Assembly (NCBI GenBank): GCA_002633005.1
Contig: NMRA01000107.1
Coordinates: forward strand, 291,760-355,759
Origin: Phoronis australis
Taxonomy: Eukaryota; Animalia; Phoronida
Length of the DNA: 64,000 bases
Direction of reading: 5' to 3'
The position numbers and the translations under genes were made by a program. Below are positions 30,201 through 41,962 of the stretch, one piece after another. Every line of letters starts with the position of its first letter. The stretch's first letter is position 1. The notes under the pieces were generated by a model. It ran no database searches and was not told the origin of the DNA. It was given only the letters and a program-made list of their open reading frames with translations.

Positions 30201-33200
30201 GCTATCAAAACTAGAATTTTTATGAAAAAATACCCAAAAGCTGCACGAAACGATTTAATACAGCGGGACAATTCCCACCTTTTACACAAAATCTTTGCGA
30301 TCAACATGCCGACACATTACCACTGCTGCACGGTGTGACCTTCATACCGAAGCATCCAACGTCTCAAAATGAATGCAAGAAATTGCATTTGCCTATAAGC
30401 TCACTTTGCACATCACAATTGGACAATGGATCCAGAAAAAGATGGTGCTAATGAGTAAAGAGTTTTATGTAGAATCATGCTTTCTTTTGTAAGACCGTAC
30501 TGTCATTCAAAGAACTCTCTACTCACCTTTAAATAGGGGACAGATATCCCACATGCTGAGGGGGCTGGAGCTGGAAAACTGTCCTAGCGCCATCTCTAGG
30601 AAGAACAGAGGGATACCGCAAAGCAACAGGAAGGTGAAGTATGGGATGAGAAATGCTCCTGAAAACAAATAGGAAACAAACCGTTAAGACAATGTAATCG
30701 ACACACACGTAATAGGGTATTAACAAATGGCCAACAGCGGGTGCTACAGCACTAAACGATGCCAAATGACTAATGCCAACCTTTAGAGACACATCCGTTT
30801 TTGATGATGCCCATTCTATATGCATCACTGCCGGCTACATAACTGCGAAAAACAAAATACCAAGCAAGATGATAAATATATGTTAGTAGAGCACTTTATA
30901 CTGTAATGCTTTAATCAACAAATGAAAGCGCTCTTACAGAGCAACACTTGATGAAAACTACCGAGGAGGGGAGCTGACAATGAAGGCAGTGACACCATAG
31001 ACAAAAACGACCATGACACCTACGATGATGCAGAAAAAGACCATATTACCTCCAACAGTGTCAGCAACATCAAGAATGCCAACAAATCTTCAAATAATGA
31101 CGACATCATTGAAATGAAACTACCGCTAAATTGCCAAAAATCGGCAACACCACTGACATCGTCATTCCCAAATACTCAGAACAATGATGCCGGCCACACC
31201 AACGACAAAACTGAAATAACATCATCACCATCCTCATCATCATCATCATCATCATCACCAACACATCAAATATGACAGAACTGATAAAGAAAAAATGCTT
31301 ATGCACTAGGGTCAATCGTCACAAAACAAGAAGTGATCAAGCAATAAAAGGACGGTAGTCCAAAATCGCAAATAACCCAAAAACGTTCGCAGGGAAAAAG
31401 CTGACAACACTTTTGTGTAGTGTTTTGCGAAATCTACCTGTATACGAGTTTCCATGGAGATTCGTTGAGAAGATCGCCACAGTTTAGACTCAACGAACAG
31501 AAATTTTGAACCAGTTTCTGTCACCAGGGCTTGGAATGACCAATGACAAAAAACGCGGAAACTTTTACGGCCCAAATCATGCCCGATAACCAGCCTTGAA
31601 ATGGTCAATGTGAACCTTTCCCCGACAAAAATGCGCATGCGTCTGCGTCCTTTTAGCTCGGCCATCCACACCCAACCCACACATTTTTGGCTGCAGAGCG
31701 GTAGTATTTGTCGCCGCGCTTAACAATAACATGAGACGCCATTGAAAATCCCACCACGCTGTCCCAGATACCCCGGCAATGTTGACAATTTACGTTCCTC
31801 CGAAACATAAAGAGCAACTTCCGCTTTTCGAGGTGAACGTCGTCTGCAATGCCGCAGTAAGAAAGGAATTTGCCGCGCAAATTTTATATGAAATCGGATT
31901 TTTTTACGCGGAAATATTATAAAAAAAGCGGAAAGCACATTTGAAAAAAGCGGAAATCCGCGTTTCCGCGGAAAATTCCAAGCCCTGTGTCACAGCATGA
32001 CATTCAGTCTGCAACTGTGAAAATGTCTCAAGTCAATCGAACGAAAAATGGAAAAGATAGTATGTAGTCTGGAATTCTTCTTAACGAGGTAGAAGTTGCG
32101 TATCACTTTCATGTTGATCAGCGAAAAATGAAATATACAGAAGCAATAATCAAACTTAACAACCAAGGAATATACTTGGCAAATAAAGTTTGCCAAGTAA
32201 AAATTTAGAGACAACACAGCACTTTCATGAAATGTGGCCAACTGAAACACAATGAGTCAATAATTATGGCATTGTAGCCATATGGATACAGATTGTCATT
32301 GGGTTCTCTAACAGCTCAAGAATAATTAAGCCACAAAAAGCTCATTACCAAATGTATGCCATTGGCTGCTAACATTGGAAGACAGACCAAGACAATTACC
32401 AATTATTGACAGAACAGATCAGCTCTGTGGTTAAAAATATCAATCCTGCTCTTTATTGATTTTTGTAATATCAATGCTGGGACTGAACAACACCAGTACG
32501 CTGTGTTAATATAGGCTCACTGTGTGCATCCCTAATGGCAAAACTATTCAGGAGTGCTCTCTTATTCAAATGTTCCCTTATGGATATATTAGACTTGATT
32601 TACAACAATGTCTGTTTTTGTAATATTCCACATGTCTGGCAAAATATCTTCATCCAGAGTGAACTTCAAATACGAAGTACATCATATGTAGCACCTTCAT
32701 AGGGGGGGGACATTTGTTTACCACAGAGCAAGGGTCAAAGGTTACAGAGCTGTCATTCAAATCAATCTCCCGCCAGTATGTATGGCGAGTTAGACACTAG
32801 TTCCCTTGACATACACTTACAATGAGGAGTATATGGCTACAGAAACAGATGCATCAACACTGGAATAATGTGGGTAATAGGTTTCGACAGCAGTGTATAG
32901 ACACTGGCATGCCAACGGCTGTGTTGAAATTTTGAGTACAGGGATAACTGGTTCAAACGAGTCATCAAGGAGGCCATGTTCATTAAGGCTCAGCAGACAG
33001 AGGTGACAGGCTCACCTTGTCCACACTTGAAATGGTACTGTGGATCTATCTAACAAGAACACGGCGGGAAGCTCCGCCTGTCCCACCACTCTTAATTACT
33101 TCACCTTTTCTCAAGAATAGGGGCCAAAGGACTTTTAGTATTAGTACCATAGTCCATTTGAACAGCTGTTTCAATCTCATGCTCACGATGTGCTTTAACT

Positions 33201-33858
33201 GCAGATATTTGATTTCCGTTCTCCATGTTTATAGTTGGTTTCTTGAGATCGAATCTCTCACGCGTTTCATATGAAGTGAATCACAATGCACTATTGACCT
33301 ATAAATGATAGCTCCTCTTCTTGACCTACACTGAGCCAAGACTCTGAACAATGTCTCCCAAAATTACTACCTTTTAGTGGTAATTAATTAAATTTGTTAA
33401 CACAAATTCATTTGATGGTTGTGGTAAAAGATAACTTAAGAAAATTAAGCAAATGAGTAGCTCGTTTGGAGTACAGGAACTTGTTTAACAAAAGTATGAG
33501 ATGAAAATCTTCTGCATGAGTTTTGAGGGTTGTCACGTTCGCCGCATTTCCTTTGGTTCCTGACAAACGACTTTGTTTGAACTGAAGAACGCAAATTCTC
33601 AGTAATTGGGGTATGAAACAGTGTGGCACATGAGTTGCATTGTGGGAAAATACCTCCACCATTCCTCATGCAAAGATAGGGGAATCGCCATAGATTCCCG
33701 AGTCCCACAGCAAAGCCAATGCAGGAGAGCAGGAAGTCTGCTTTTCTTGTCCAGTTGCCACGTTCCTTATTCTCGTCCCCATCAGAAGACAGGTCCGAGC
33801 TCCCTATGGTGTCCTTGTCCAGGGACAGTTCCTTTTCAGTTATCATGGTGACCTCCAT
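160..33858 (-). CDS. SLC6: SLC6 (NSS/SNF) sodium- and chloride-dependent amino-acid transporter, glycine transporter-like; spliced gene, 10 coding exons in window, 3' end outside window
   Basis: Exons 33654-33858, 30527-30658, 19782-20109, 15994-16126, 12971-13105, 12068-12171, 9245-9369, 5271-5383, 3422-3553, 160-259 join in frame (1507 nt) with GT-AG introns; hallmark motifs [63 protein letters not shown]. Confidence 0.95.
230..897. repeat. Compound minisatellite derived from the SLC6 exon-10 / intron boundary
   Basis: Three ~80-bp copies of GTCCATCACCTGGAATAGGTACATTCCACCCTGAAATATA..GTGTGAAACTAA, then ~8 copies of a 38-62-bp unit built on AGTCCATCACCTGCAATACTCTACATGACATAACTAT. Confidence 0.92.
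1347..2150. mobile_element. TA-flanked non-autonomous TIR element (Tc1/mariner/pogo-like)
   Basis: TA|CCGTCAGAGGCCCTAAAGTCGTGA ... TCACGACTTTAGGTCACCGGTG|TA; the CCTAAAGTCGTGA motif recurs at ~1375 and inverted at ~1934. Confidence 0.55.
3422..3553 (-). CDS. SLC6: SLC6 coding exon 9 (end of TM8, TM9)
   Basis: CAATAG|[44 protein letters not shown]|GTGGGT; 132 nt. Confidence 0.92.
5271..5383 (-). CDS. SLC6: SLC6 coding exon 8 (EL4, TM8)
   Basis: CTTGCAG|(G)[37 protein letters not shown]|GTAAAG; 113 nt. Confidence 0.95.
9245..9369 (-). CDS. SLC6: SLC6 coding exon 7 (TM7)
   Basis: TTTTGAAG|[41 protein letters not shown]|GTTAGA; 125 nt. Confidence 0.93.
10941..11025. repeat. 27-bp tandem repeat x3
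   Basis: CAGGAGATTCCCACTGGTTGTGTTTTC repeated three times. Confidence 0.9.
12068..12171 (-). CDS. SLC6: SLC6 coding exon 6 (TM6)
   Basis: TCTCAAG|[34 protein letters not shown](R)|GTAGGT; 104 nt. Confidence 0.95.
12971..13105 (-). CDS. SLC6: SLC6 coding exon 5 (TM5)
   Basis: GACAG|[45 protein letters not shown]|GTAGTA; 135 nt. Confidence 0.95.
13276..13677. mobile_element. PIF/Harbinger-like MITE
   Basis: TTA|AGTCCCGTTTAGAC ... GTGTAAATGGCACT|TTA (TIR 11/14, TTA TSD); internal CCGTTTACAC and CCGTGTCA repeats. Confidence 0.7.
13735..14995 (+). mobile_element. Degenerate HINE-like central-repeat array
   Basis: Diverged monomers with AAAATGGCCACTAGG.GGC-type motifs at 13756, 14022, 14592, 14712, 14880. 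Confidence 0.65.
14996..15143. repeat. 51-bp tandem repeat x~3
   Basis: GGTTACCACTGCCTCTGAATTAGTGACATTGCATCCTAGTAATTAAATGAT at 14996, 15047, 15098. Confidence 0.92.
15994..16126 (-). CDS. SLC6: SLC6 coding exon 4 (TM4)
   Basis: TTTGTAG|(Q)[44 protein letters not shown]|GTGAGT; 133 nt, phase 2-0. Confidence 0.95.
16430..19520 (+). mobile_element. Long degenerate HINE-like repeat array (two monomer subtypes), interrupted by a 30-bp minisatellite
   Basis: CCACTAGRKGGC-like motifs at 16620, 17546, 17936, 18074, 18769, 18897, 19074, 19207, 19351, with conserved AAATTTCATGAA / GATACAGAGGC blocks. Boundaries approximate. Confidence 0.7.
16738..17143. repeat. 30-bp minisatellite, ~13 near-identical copies
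   Basis: GTGCATGGCATACTGATATGCCCAGACAGY; explains the repetitive ORFs in four frames. Confidence 0.97.
19782..20109 (-). CDS. SLC6: SLC6 coding exon 3 (TM3, extracellular loop 2)
   Basis: TTTACAG|(G)[22 protein letters not shown]...LPWGYC...TPAEEYW|GTATGT; 328 nt, phase 1-2. Confidence 0.93.
20440..21140 (+). mobile_element. Degenerate HINE-like repeat array
   Basis: Motifs CCACTAGGTGGTGC (20463), CACTAGAGGGCG (20740), CCACTAAATGGCGC (20839) in the same monomer context. Confidence 0.65.
21940..22330 (+). mobile_element. Degenerate HINE-like repeat fragment
   Basis: TTGCCACTAGGAGCC (motif at 22146), AAAATGGCCACTGGGGAGC (motif at 22286) plus an AAAGATCCTGCAAG block. Confidence 0.55.
25026..29998 (-). 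mobile_element. hAT-like non-autonomous element (CAGGGATATAC TIRs), inverted copy of 62054-63611, expanded by nested insertions
   Basis: 25026-~25420 is the reverse complement of ~63215-63611, and ~29550-29998 is the reverse complement of 62054-~62500; ends CAGGGATATAC / GTATATCCCTG. Confidence 0.8.
26932..29367. mobile_element. Nested hAT-like element with TGCGACCT subterminal repeats
   Basis: AATTG|CAGGGCACGAC ... GTCGAGCCCTG|AATTG; clustered TGCGACCTG/AGGTCGCA repeats at both ends. Confidence 0.75.
30527..30658 (-). CDS. SLC6: SLC6 coding exon 2 (TM2)
   Basis: TTTTCAG|(G)[43 protein letters not shown]|GTGAGT; 132 nt, phase 1-1. Confidence 0.95.
31220..31260. repeat. (CAT)n microsatellite
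   Basis: Imperfect CATCATCAC..CATCATCATCATCAT run. Confidence 0.85.
31525..31987. mobile_element. 463-bp hAT-like MITE
   Basis: TGTCAC|CAGGGCTTGGAAT ... ATTCCAAGCCCTG|TGTCAC; perfect 13-bp TIR; GCGGAAA subterminal repeats. Confidence 0.85.
33654..33858 (-). CDS. SLC6: SLC6 coding exon 1 (N-terminus, TM1)
   Basis: MEVTM...[37 protein letters not shown]; donor G|GTATTT at 33653; upstream acceptor TTTCTTTTCAG| ending at 33888 implies an unlocated 5'UTR exon. Confidence 0.93.
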
Positions 33859-34873
33859 ACAGTTTCTTGTTCAAATCAAAATCCAAGCTGAAAAGAAACG
33901 GAATATTTTCACATAAGAGAATGATGGTTTAGAACCACGCAGTGGTAGGTTCATGTCTGACAAAGTTCTACAAGGACTAACCTGACTAAAAAAAAAACGA
34001 AATTGCAAAATTATCCATAACATGAGAAATCATATCTCTTGATCAACAGGCCTGGTGGACTGGCAGCATTTGAAGACCGTCCATGTTTGTCATACATGCA
34101 CACTTGGTCAATCTTTTGTTAAAATGTGATTCACTTTGTTAGAGCACTCTCAGACTGGACCAAGTATTCAACCTTTTTAGTGCTGTTAAATTCTCTTCTT
34201 TTGTTAACAAATAACCCAATGCTTCTGACATGTAAACAGACCTTATCTTAAAGTTGCTCCAAAAACTGACATTTGTTTACAGTGAACAAAACTTACATTT
34301 GTTTACAGTGCTTGTTATCCCTAAAGTTCCTTGGAAATTTCCAGGTCATAGAAGATGCCAAGATATCTGTCTTTCAAGTACCAAGAAGTCAAGGTCAGTA
34401 TTTGGTAAACAAACCTGGTCACTTCTTGACCTCTTGGTATCAAGTATGGCATATTCATTACTTGCTGTGATACCTAAGCACTGTTCACAGGGCAACTCAA
34501 CATGTTCTATGCTCATTGTTAAGCTATGGGTGTTTTTACCAAAAAGGTGTCTAATTTTTATTCCTTATTTTCAGACCTTTTGGTCTTCAATACTAGCTAT
34601 TTGTGAATATCAATTTTTCTTCAGCTGGTGGGTTCATTCGCGCATCTCCCCACTTCTTTGTGGTCTGGAACAGACCAAAAAGTAATTCAAGGATTTAAAT
34701 TGACTTCCAAACAAAGGGGATATGCCTGGATAAACGGAGACTTGGGATGTTGTTTTGAAAACGTAAATCAAATCCATCCCAAAATGGATAGATGCTATCG
34801 CTATCATAACAGAAACTTGTTCACCAAATTTCAATAAAAACTGTAAAAGAACTCTGAAGATACAGATGTAACC

Positions 34874-35022
34874 AAGGCAATTTTTTTCAAATGAGACTTT
34901 CTTATTTAGCCTCAAAGTGGACGGAACTGTTCCGCACTTTTTTATATCCACTTAAGGCCATAAAATGGTATGAAACAAATTTATGCCTTACCCTAAACAT
35001 GTTTACAATGTTACATTTTTAT
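34874..35022 (+). repeat. Left arm of a ~150-bp long inverted repeat (partner 41812-41962)
   Basis: TTTTTCAAATGAGACTTTCTTATTT..CAAAGTGGACGGAACTGTTCCGCACTTTTT..AAACATGTTTACAATGTTA closely matches the reverse complement of 41812-41962. Confidence 0.85.
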
Positions 35023-37029
35023 TTCTTCAGTTAGCATTTTCTTAATTAATTAGCAGTTCAATTTTTGCCATGTGGAATATTCCGCAATGACTGCAATTCC
35101 TGGGTGAGAATTTGACATGCTCTAAAAAAGTGGAGTATTCGAACGCCCTAAAAGCTTGTCAAACGTGTAAAACGTGGCGTGTCAAACACATGTAATTTTC
35201 GTTCCAATACTGCACGTATAGTGTCAAACGTGGCGATAAGCGTGTAAAACGTGGCGATAGCGTGTCGAACGTGGCGTGCAAAAACGCGTTATTTTTGTTC
35301 CAATACTCCACCTCTGACACGCTCAACGTGTAAATTAGAGCAAAACCATCCCACAAATAATAGTTTTGCTGAGTCCTAAAAGTTTAAGATTTTCTTCAGG
35401 CATAATAAAAGTGATAAACACTCCATTCTCAATAACGCTCAAAGTATCAATGTCTCAACCCTAACAATAATTGACTGCTGAATATTATGCAAAATTTGCA
35501 GAATACGACATACTTGCAGAATATATCGCAGATTTTGCGAATTACGCAGATTTTGTGAAATATTACGCAGATTTCAAGGAATACTACAGATTTTAAGGAA
35601 TATTACGCAAATTTTGTGGAATGTTAATACACAAATTTTGCGGGATATTGTGCACTTGCAGAATATTATGCATATTTTGTAGAATTTCCACATAAATTGG
35701 ACCAGTAGAAGGTATATGATTGACAAAAACGTTTTGTCAATTTTATAGACTTGTTACACTAAAGTTTTTCCTTGCTCTAAAATTTCAAAACAAACAATGA
35801 TTAATCATTAAAAACCAACATGACGGTTGAGGAATGGTTCCGCATGTGAAACAGCTCCACAAACAGAATAGTTTTTTACAGCCCTTAATTTTGTTAATTT
35901 TCTTCAGGCAAAATGAAGTTGGAATACATTCCATTCTCCATAACCCTTGAAAGTATCAATGTGTCAAACCTGGGGTTAATCAATATATCGGTTGCGGAAC
36001 GCTTCCCCAAACAGAATAGTTTTAAGGAGCCCTCAAAAATTTTAATTTTCTTTAGTCGCAAAAAATTGAAATATATTTCATTCTCAAAAACACTTGAAAG
36101 TGTCAATGTGTCAACCCTATTAATAATTAATCAACATGGAAATTGTGAATGGAATTGTGCAAACAGAACAGTTTTGTGGGGCCCTCAAATTTTTTAATTT
36201 GTTCACGCGCAATAAAGTTGAAATACATTCCACTTTCAATAAAACACCAAAGTATCAATGTGTCATCATGTACAGTAATTAATCAATGGAAGAGTTGCTC
36301 AATGGTTTGTGATGCAGAGCAGTTCCTCGGGCAGACTCCGAAAAACTTGTCATGACATTGACTGCATTTGGTAAAACATTAATATAAGAAATGAAATATT
36401 CAAATCTTAACGTGTAAGAAGCATCAGAAATAAAAGTATCAGAATTTCAACTCTGAAAATAATTAATCAATGTAACAGTCGCAGAACTGTTCCACATGCG
36501 GAATCATTTCTCCAACAGAATGGTTTTTTTGAGTACTTGTTCAAAGGGACAGTTGTGTTGTGTTTAGACATGTCGCAAGTACTGATTGAGAGAAATATAA
36601 AGTTCATTGATTTGACTCATGCAGGTATTAAGTGAATTAGATAAGCGCTTAACACAAAGATACTTTAGAGATAGTTTGTTGAATTGTGACAAAAAAATGG
36701 ATGAAATTTAAGTAAAAGCAACATAACATCATTCTTTGATTTAAGAAAAGGCCAGCAAAGCTAGAGAGAATTACATTTTGAAAGAACAAACTCAATGGCT
36801 TAATAGTTCTATTCATGGAAAACGGGTGTACAGCATACTAAACATCTTTTCTCTATTCGGCACTCTCAGGTCATCACAAACTTTTGGATGACATGCTTCA
36901 CCCAAGTGTCACATTGGTTTCACATGCCATGCTTCAATGCCATATTCGCTCAGGGTATGTTTAGCCAAACATTGGTCAATGTGTATTTATCATGTTGATG
37001 CTTATCCAAGGCCATGGGCTACAGCGCAG

Positions 37030-37277
37030 GGGCCCGTTCCAACAAAACTGACTTAGCTAAGACAATTCTTAAATTTAACTAAATTTTAAAATAAAAGTTA
37101 AATTTGTCTCAAATTCATTTCAAGGGAGAGATCTTAAGCTTAATTTAAGTATTTGACATAAGCTTTGTCTTAATTTTGACAAACTTACCGGATGTGGAAG
37201 TTTCAAAGATTGGAAGTTAAGACAAATCTTAGACTTAAGCCAAAAAGGAACTTAAGTCAGTTTCATGGCAGGGGCCC
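37030..37277. mobile_element. PIF/Harbinger-like MITE with CAG TSD
   Basis: CAG|GGGCCCGTTCCAACAAAACTGACTTA ... TAAGTCAGTTTCATGGCAGGGGCCC|CAG; internal CTTAAG/AAGACAA repeats. Confidence 0.7.
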
Positions 37278-38923
37278 CAGTTCATGCCAACTAAACCTCT
37301 TTTCATTGTTGTAACTGTTATGTAATCATTACCCTTCACAAACCTGTTTCTCTGTGGTGTGGCCTTGTTATCAGATCAGTTTACATAATGTAGAGTAACT
37401 TAGAACTGAGCATGGGGGTTTCTGCCACTGAGAAGGGCAATGAACTGTTAGTAGAAAGAAAAAGTGCTGTTTTCGGACCCCTTAATGAAAAATATTTCCC
37501 TTTTTAATGAAAAATTTATGTTTTCTTATCTCTAGCCAGTATGAAGGAATTTCCCTCCAGTGTAGCCAAATATCTGAAAACCCAGTATAAGTATAGTGTC
37601 TGAAATTAGGCTGTAGAATTCGGTGACATGACCATGTATCTGTTTTGTTGGAATTTAGCAAAAAAGGTACATCCCTTGGAAAAAAGTGATATTGGTCATG
37701 TGGCCAATTAATTTTGCTCGAGTGCTCAACATGAGGTCCCAAAAACGTTACAGTTTTCTAAATCATCACTTCATTTTTGCTTAGTGCAACTTTAGATTTT
37801 TTTATAAACAACATGTCGTTGATAGCGCTTTATGCATGGCACACATTTTAAAAGCACTTACTAAGGAGAATGTTGCATACAACATGGTATCTCAGATCAG
37901 ACATTTCGGAAATATGATGCTCCAAGATTTTCTAAATTTGGACATTTTTGAGGATCCTGACATAACCTATAAGTGTTGTTCTTACCATACTTAACCTATT
38001 AGCTCATTTTCTGTTCATGTGAGGTACTGCTCTTCTTAGTGATCATTCTTGAGCTGTCAGAATTTCTACTTCTTTGTTTACTGATAACTCTAATTACACT
38101 CCTGCAGAACATTGATATCTATGGAGGTTAGTTACAATAAAAACAATGCATACGTACCTCAAATTTTTTGTTGGAGGATCGCATTTATGCGCAACAACAT
38201 CCCTCAAAATTGTATTAATTTTTTTGTAAAATTTGTCCGAAAATTTAATCACAAATACAGCCGGTCACACATAACCATGGAAAACTCTTAATTTATTGCT
38301 CCTTGTTTTAAGATTTCTCTCTCAATCTTTTAAGTATATTACAGTGAAACCACGTCTTCCAATACCATTACCGTTTTAAAGCATGATTTCAATAATCTTA
38401 TCATTTAAACCATGTTGCAAATTCGTGCCATTCGCCCTTACAGCCCAAAAGAACCTTTGAGACCAAATTCCAGTATAGTATAGTATAGTCTGGAGTCATA
38501 TGTAAGGAACATTACCTCCGTCTACTAAAAGACGTCTATAAAATCTCAACTGCAAAATTTTACTACAAATTCCTCAATAATCAGATTCCTAAGTATTTTT
38601 ACACTAACAACTTCTTTAGTAAACCCATCCAATATAAACCAACCAGACACATTAAAATTCCTACATACCTGAATCAATTCTTAGCTGATATTTCGACAAT
38701 ATAACCCAAAAGTTTAATTCCTCCGTCCAACAAATTGTCATCAAGATCCTGTATTAGATTTGAAATTCCTAGACTTATTAACAACAAAGAAATACCAGTC
38801 TCTGCTCTAAATACAATAAAAACACATTCTTTGTAAGCAGTCTACAGGTTCTTAACCAATTTTATTATTAGCAACTACGGTCCAGTTTGTTATAATTCCA
38901 ACTCGTCATATGTAACAGTTCTA

Positions 38924-40390
38924 CCGTATTCGCCCTAATAAGCGCTCATGCCCCTATAAGAGCCCCCCTCGCGTTTTCAGACTTCGCTAAAATAAGCGCC
39001 CAGTCAATGAATGCCATGCACATGTGAATTATGTCTTACCTACAGTTCTAAAATTCTACAGTAACGTCTTCAATTTATCAACAACATCCGACAATCCTGA
39101 AAAAATTATTATGCGCAGAATTTGTAGAACACGAGCCTCGCCGCTATGTCGGTATTTAGCCGTGACTATACACTTCAAACTTCCACCGTGTTCCAAAAAG
39201 AAACGCAAATTTTGCTAGGCTTTCGAGGGAAGTGTCCTATTATGGTCTGGCCTTTCAGAACAGACGCAGCGTACTTGTCAAAGGGGCTGACTTCTATCTT
39301 TCCTGTATAGATCTTCTCCCTCAACAGGAATCCAAATTTCTTTGTACACGTGAAAACCGCGGATTGGAGACTAATAAAAACGTGACCTTTGTTCAGTTAA
39401 AAGCACGTGGCTTGGAAGTGCGTGCTACATTCAAGAATTTGTCATCGAAGATTCGTCTTCAGGAACTATCTATTCATGAAACGGGTAGCATAGCATCGGC
39501 AAGAAATAAATACTGGCAGTTATTTCCGAAAGTTTCTGATACCCTAAAAAACGATTGCATCATTTTAGGCGGAATTTTTAAATTAGTCGTAATTGGTTTT
39601 TTAATGTCAAAATGACCCACTGGTGGTGAACACTTCTGACCCTTACACCCCCGAATCTCCCAAAAAATATCTGTTAGACTGTCACGCATCCAGTCACCTG
39701 GCGACTTAATGACATTGGCCTTACTGCGACAATTCTCAAATGTTTTTTAGTAGATGAGACCAACAAGTGCTAAATATTCTGTTTTAATGCTTGCGTTAAT
39801 TTCCTTAGCTGCAATGGACACATAGATCGTTTTATCATGTTTACTTTGGCAGATGAAATGTGATGACACGCTCTCTCACACAATACGCAGACGAACTTCA
39901 AAACAAACATCATGTGACAACATGTGTGCTCGTCCAGAGATTTTTCTGGTGTTGCAGAGTACGATCTAGCGCAGATTTGGACTTAATATGCAGTAAATCC
40001 TGACTCCACAGGACCTTAAAAATCTTAGGGACGCTATTTGAAAACTTAAGGACTTCAGGTAATTTGTTGAGTCGAAACTATATTTTTACTCAAGAATTCA
40101 AGTTGACCTATCGGCAATCGTGAGGCAGTGAGGCATCAGTCGGCGAGTTTTCGCACTGGGATTTTCTGAAAAATGCTCGTAATTTAACAACAAAAGTTTG
40201 ATAGCAATGCACTACAATTTTGAAGAAACTCTGTCATAGGTTACAGTTTCGTCACAGAGCGTAAATTTAATGAATTCTAGCTCACAATTTCACCTGCTTC
40301 GGAGACCGGGTTTCAATCACTTTTGGGCTATAATAAGCGCCCCCTTCCTGAAGCGAATTTTTGTAAGTGCCCTTATTAGGGCGAATACGG
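38924..40390. mobile_element. 1467-bp non-autonomous pogo/Tc1-mariner-type element
   Basis: TA|CCGTATTCGCCCTAATAAG ... CTTATTAGGGCGAATACGG|TA (19-bp perfect TIR, TA TSD); subterminal ATAAGCGCCC repeats; no recognisable transposase ORF. Confidence 0.9.
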
Positions 40391-41149
40391 TAATTGTATT
40401 CCCAAAATCTCCTGAGCTGTGCCAGTCCAGTTCTTGGTTCCTGTCGTGTTGGTTGTTTTTCAGCGCTAATTCACCTTCTTTTCTTAAGTATGTTATATAT
40501 ATGGATTTCTCACCTATTCCTACTGATTTTTGCACTTCCATTTATATATTTTGTACAGGGGACCTTCTTATTAATGGTCAATAACCTTTAGAAGGCCTCC
40601 TAATTGAAATCAAATTATCTAATCATTGTAGTATTACAAGTTAATGTAAATAAACGTGTTTCCCTCTCTCTCAAAGGGAGGGATCCTCCAGTGTAAACAT
40701 ATCTTCTGTTAATAACTTTACACAAGATAAATTTTAATCAAACATAAGTCCTTTCACCCTTTGTTACTTATGTTGAAATGCTTAGCCAGCCAGGTTATGT
40801 TTGAACAATGCTAGGCTGTGTCTGTGAGAAAAACAACTTAGATGAGCAACAAAAAAGGATGATGTCAATTTTACAGTTAAGCTTTTGATCTATCTTTGGG
40901 CATAATAAAGTGTCAAACATAATTACGTTTGTAATTACGACCGAGAGTTCGATTGTCTTACGACCATAATCACAATATCCAATTAGAAATTGGTCTGTAT
41001 GTCATGTGAGCTCTGAAGAAATTACATGCTCGTAATTTTATGCTCGTTTTTTCGGTCATAATTTTACACTTGTATTTTTCGCTCGTACTTTTCGCTCATA
41101 ATTTCACTCGCAATTTTTCATCCGTATTTTGCGCATGTTATGAAGTGCT

Positions 41150-41815
41150 CAGAAGGTAAAATCTCAAGCTGAAGATAGAGGCAAACGTAAAAAAATGAAA
41201 TTGCCACTAGGTGGCACACCAGTAGTCAGAAAGTAGTCTGAAAGTCATTGTCGCCTGTTGTCATCATCATATAAATGCACTTACTAAATTTAGTAAAGAT
41301 CCTGCAAACAGTTTAGGAGAAATAGCCATACACGCAAAAAACTGCCATTAGGATGCGCCAAATAGTCGAAGTCGTTGGAAAATCAACATCAACCATCCAC
41401 TTCATAGTAAGAACACACATGCCAATTTTCACAATCATGCTTAGAGCAGTTTGTTTGATAGAGGGGTGGAAGCTAAAAAACAGACTTGAAAACAGTAAAA
41501 ATGACCACTAGGTGGCGCAAACTACGTCAAATCCATCCGAAAACAGGAGCATACCGTCGTCTCACTAATAGAGGCCTATAAACCAAATTTTGTGAAAATA
41601 TGTTCAGGACCATTGAAGATACAGAAGCCAACGTAAAAAACTAAAATTGCCACTAGGGGGCACACCGGTAGTCGGATCTGTCCCAAAGTTCCCTCATGTC
41701 ATCCCATCCATGACAGGAACACATGCACAAAACTTCATCAACATACGTCAATCGATTTTGGATATAAAGCAGCAGACGCCGGACGCCGCCCCGACGGACA
41801 GAGATGACTGCATAA
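41150..41815 (+). mobile_element. Truncated HINE-like copy
   Basis: Monomers with motifs at 41204, 41345, 41505, 41650 and terminal GCAGACGCCGGACG..CGACGGACAGAGATGAC; closely similar to 54100-54725. Confidence 0.8.
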
Positions 41816-41962
41816 AAATATAACATTGTAAACATGTTTAAAGTAAGGTATAGATCTGTTTCATATCATTTTTATGGCCTAAAGTGGATATAGAAAAAAG
41901 TGCGGAACTGTTCCGTCCACTTTGACACAAAATAAGAAAGTCTCATTTGAAAAAATCACCTT
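41812..41962 (-). repeat. Right arm of the ~150-bp long inverted repeat
   Basis: TAACATTGTAAACATGTTTA..AAAAAAGTGCGGAACTGTTCCGTCCACTTTG..AAATAAGAAAGTCTCATTTGAAAAAAT. Confidence 0.85.

Noticed and set aside
33445-33653. C-terminal half of the 137-aa ORF (GIFPQCNS...)
   Set aside because: Intron read-through past the donor at 33653; SLC6 homology resumes at 30658.
30028-37970. ~36-bp inverted match (AGGATCCTC.AAAAATG.CCAAATTT) at 30028 and ~37935, flanking exons 1-2
   Set aside because: Most simply two independent fragments of a common repeat; too short to argue for one element that captured exons.
39232-39615. 127-aa ORF inside the pogo-like element as a possible transposase
   Set aside because: No HTH or DDE motif recognisable.
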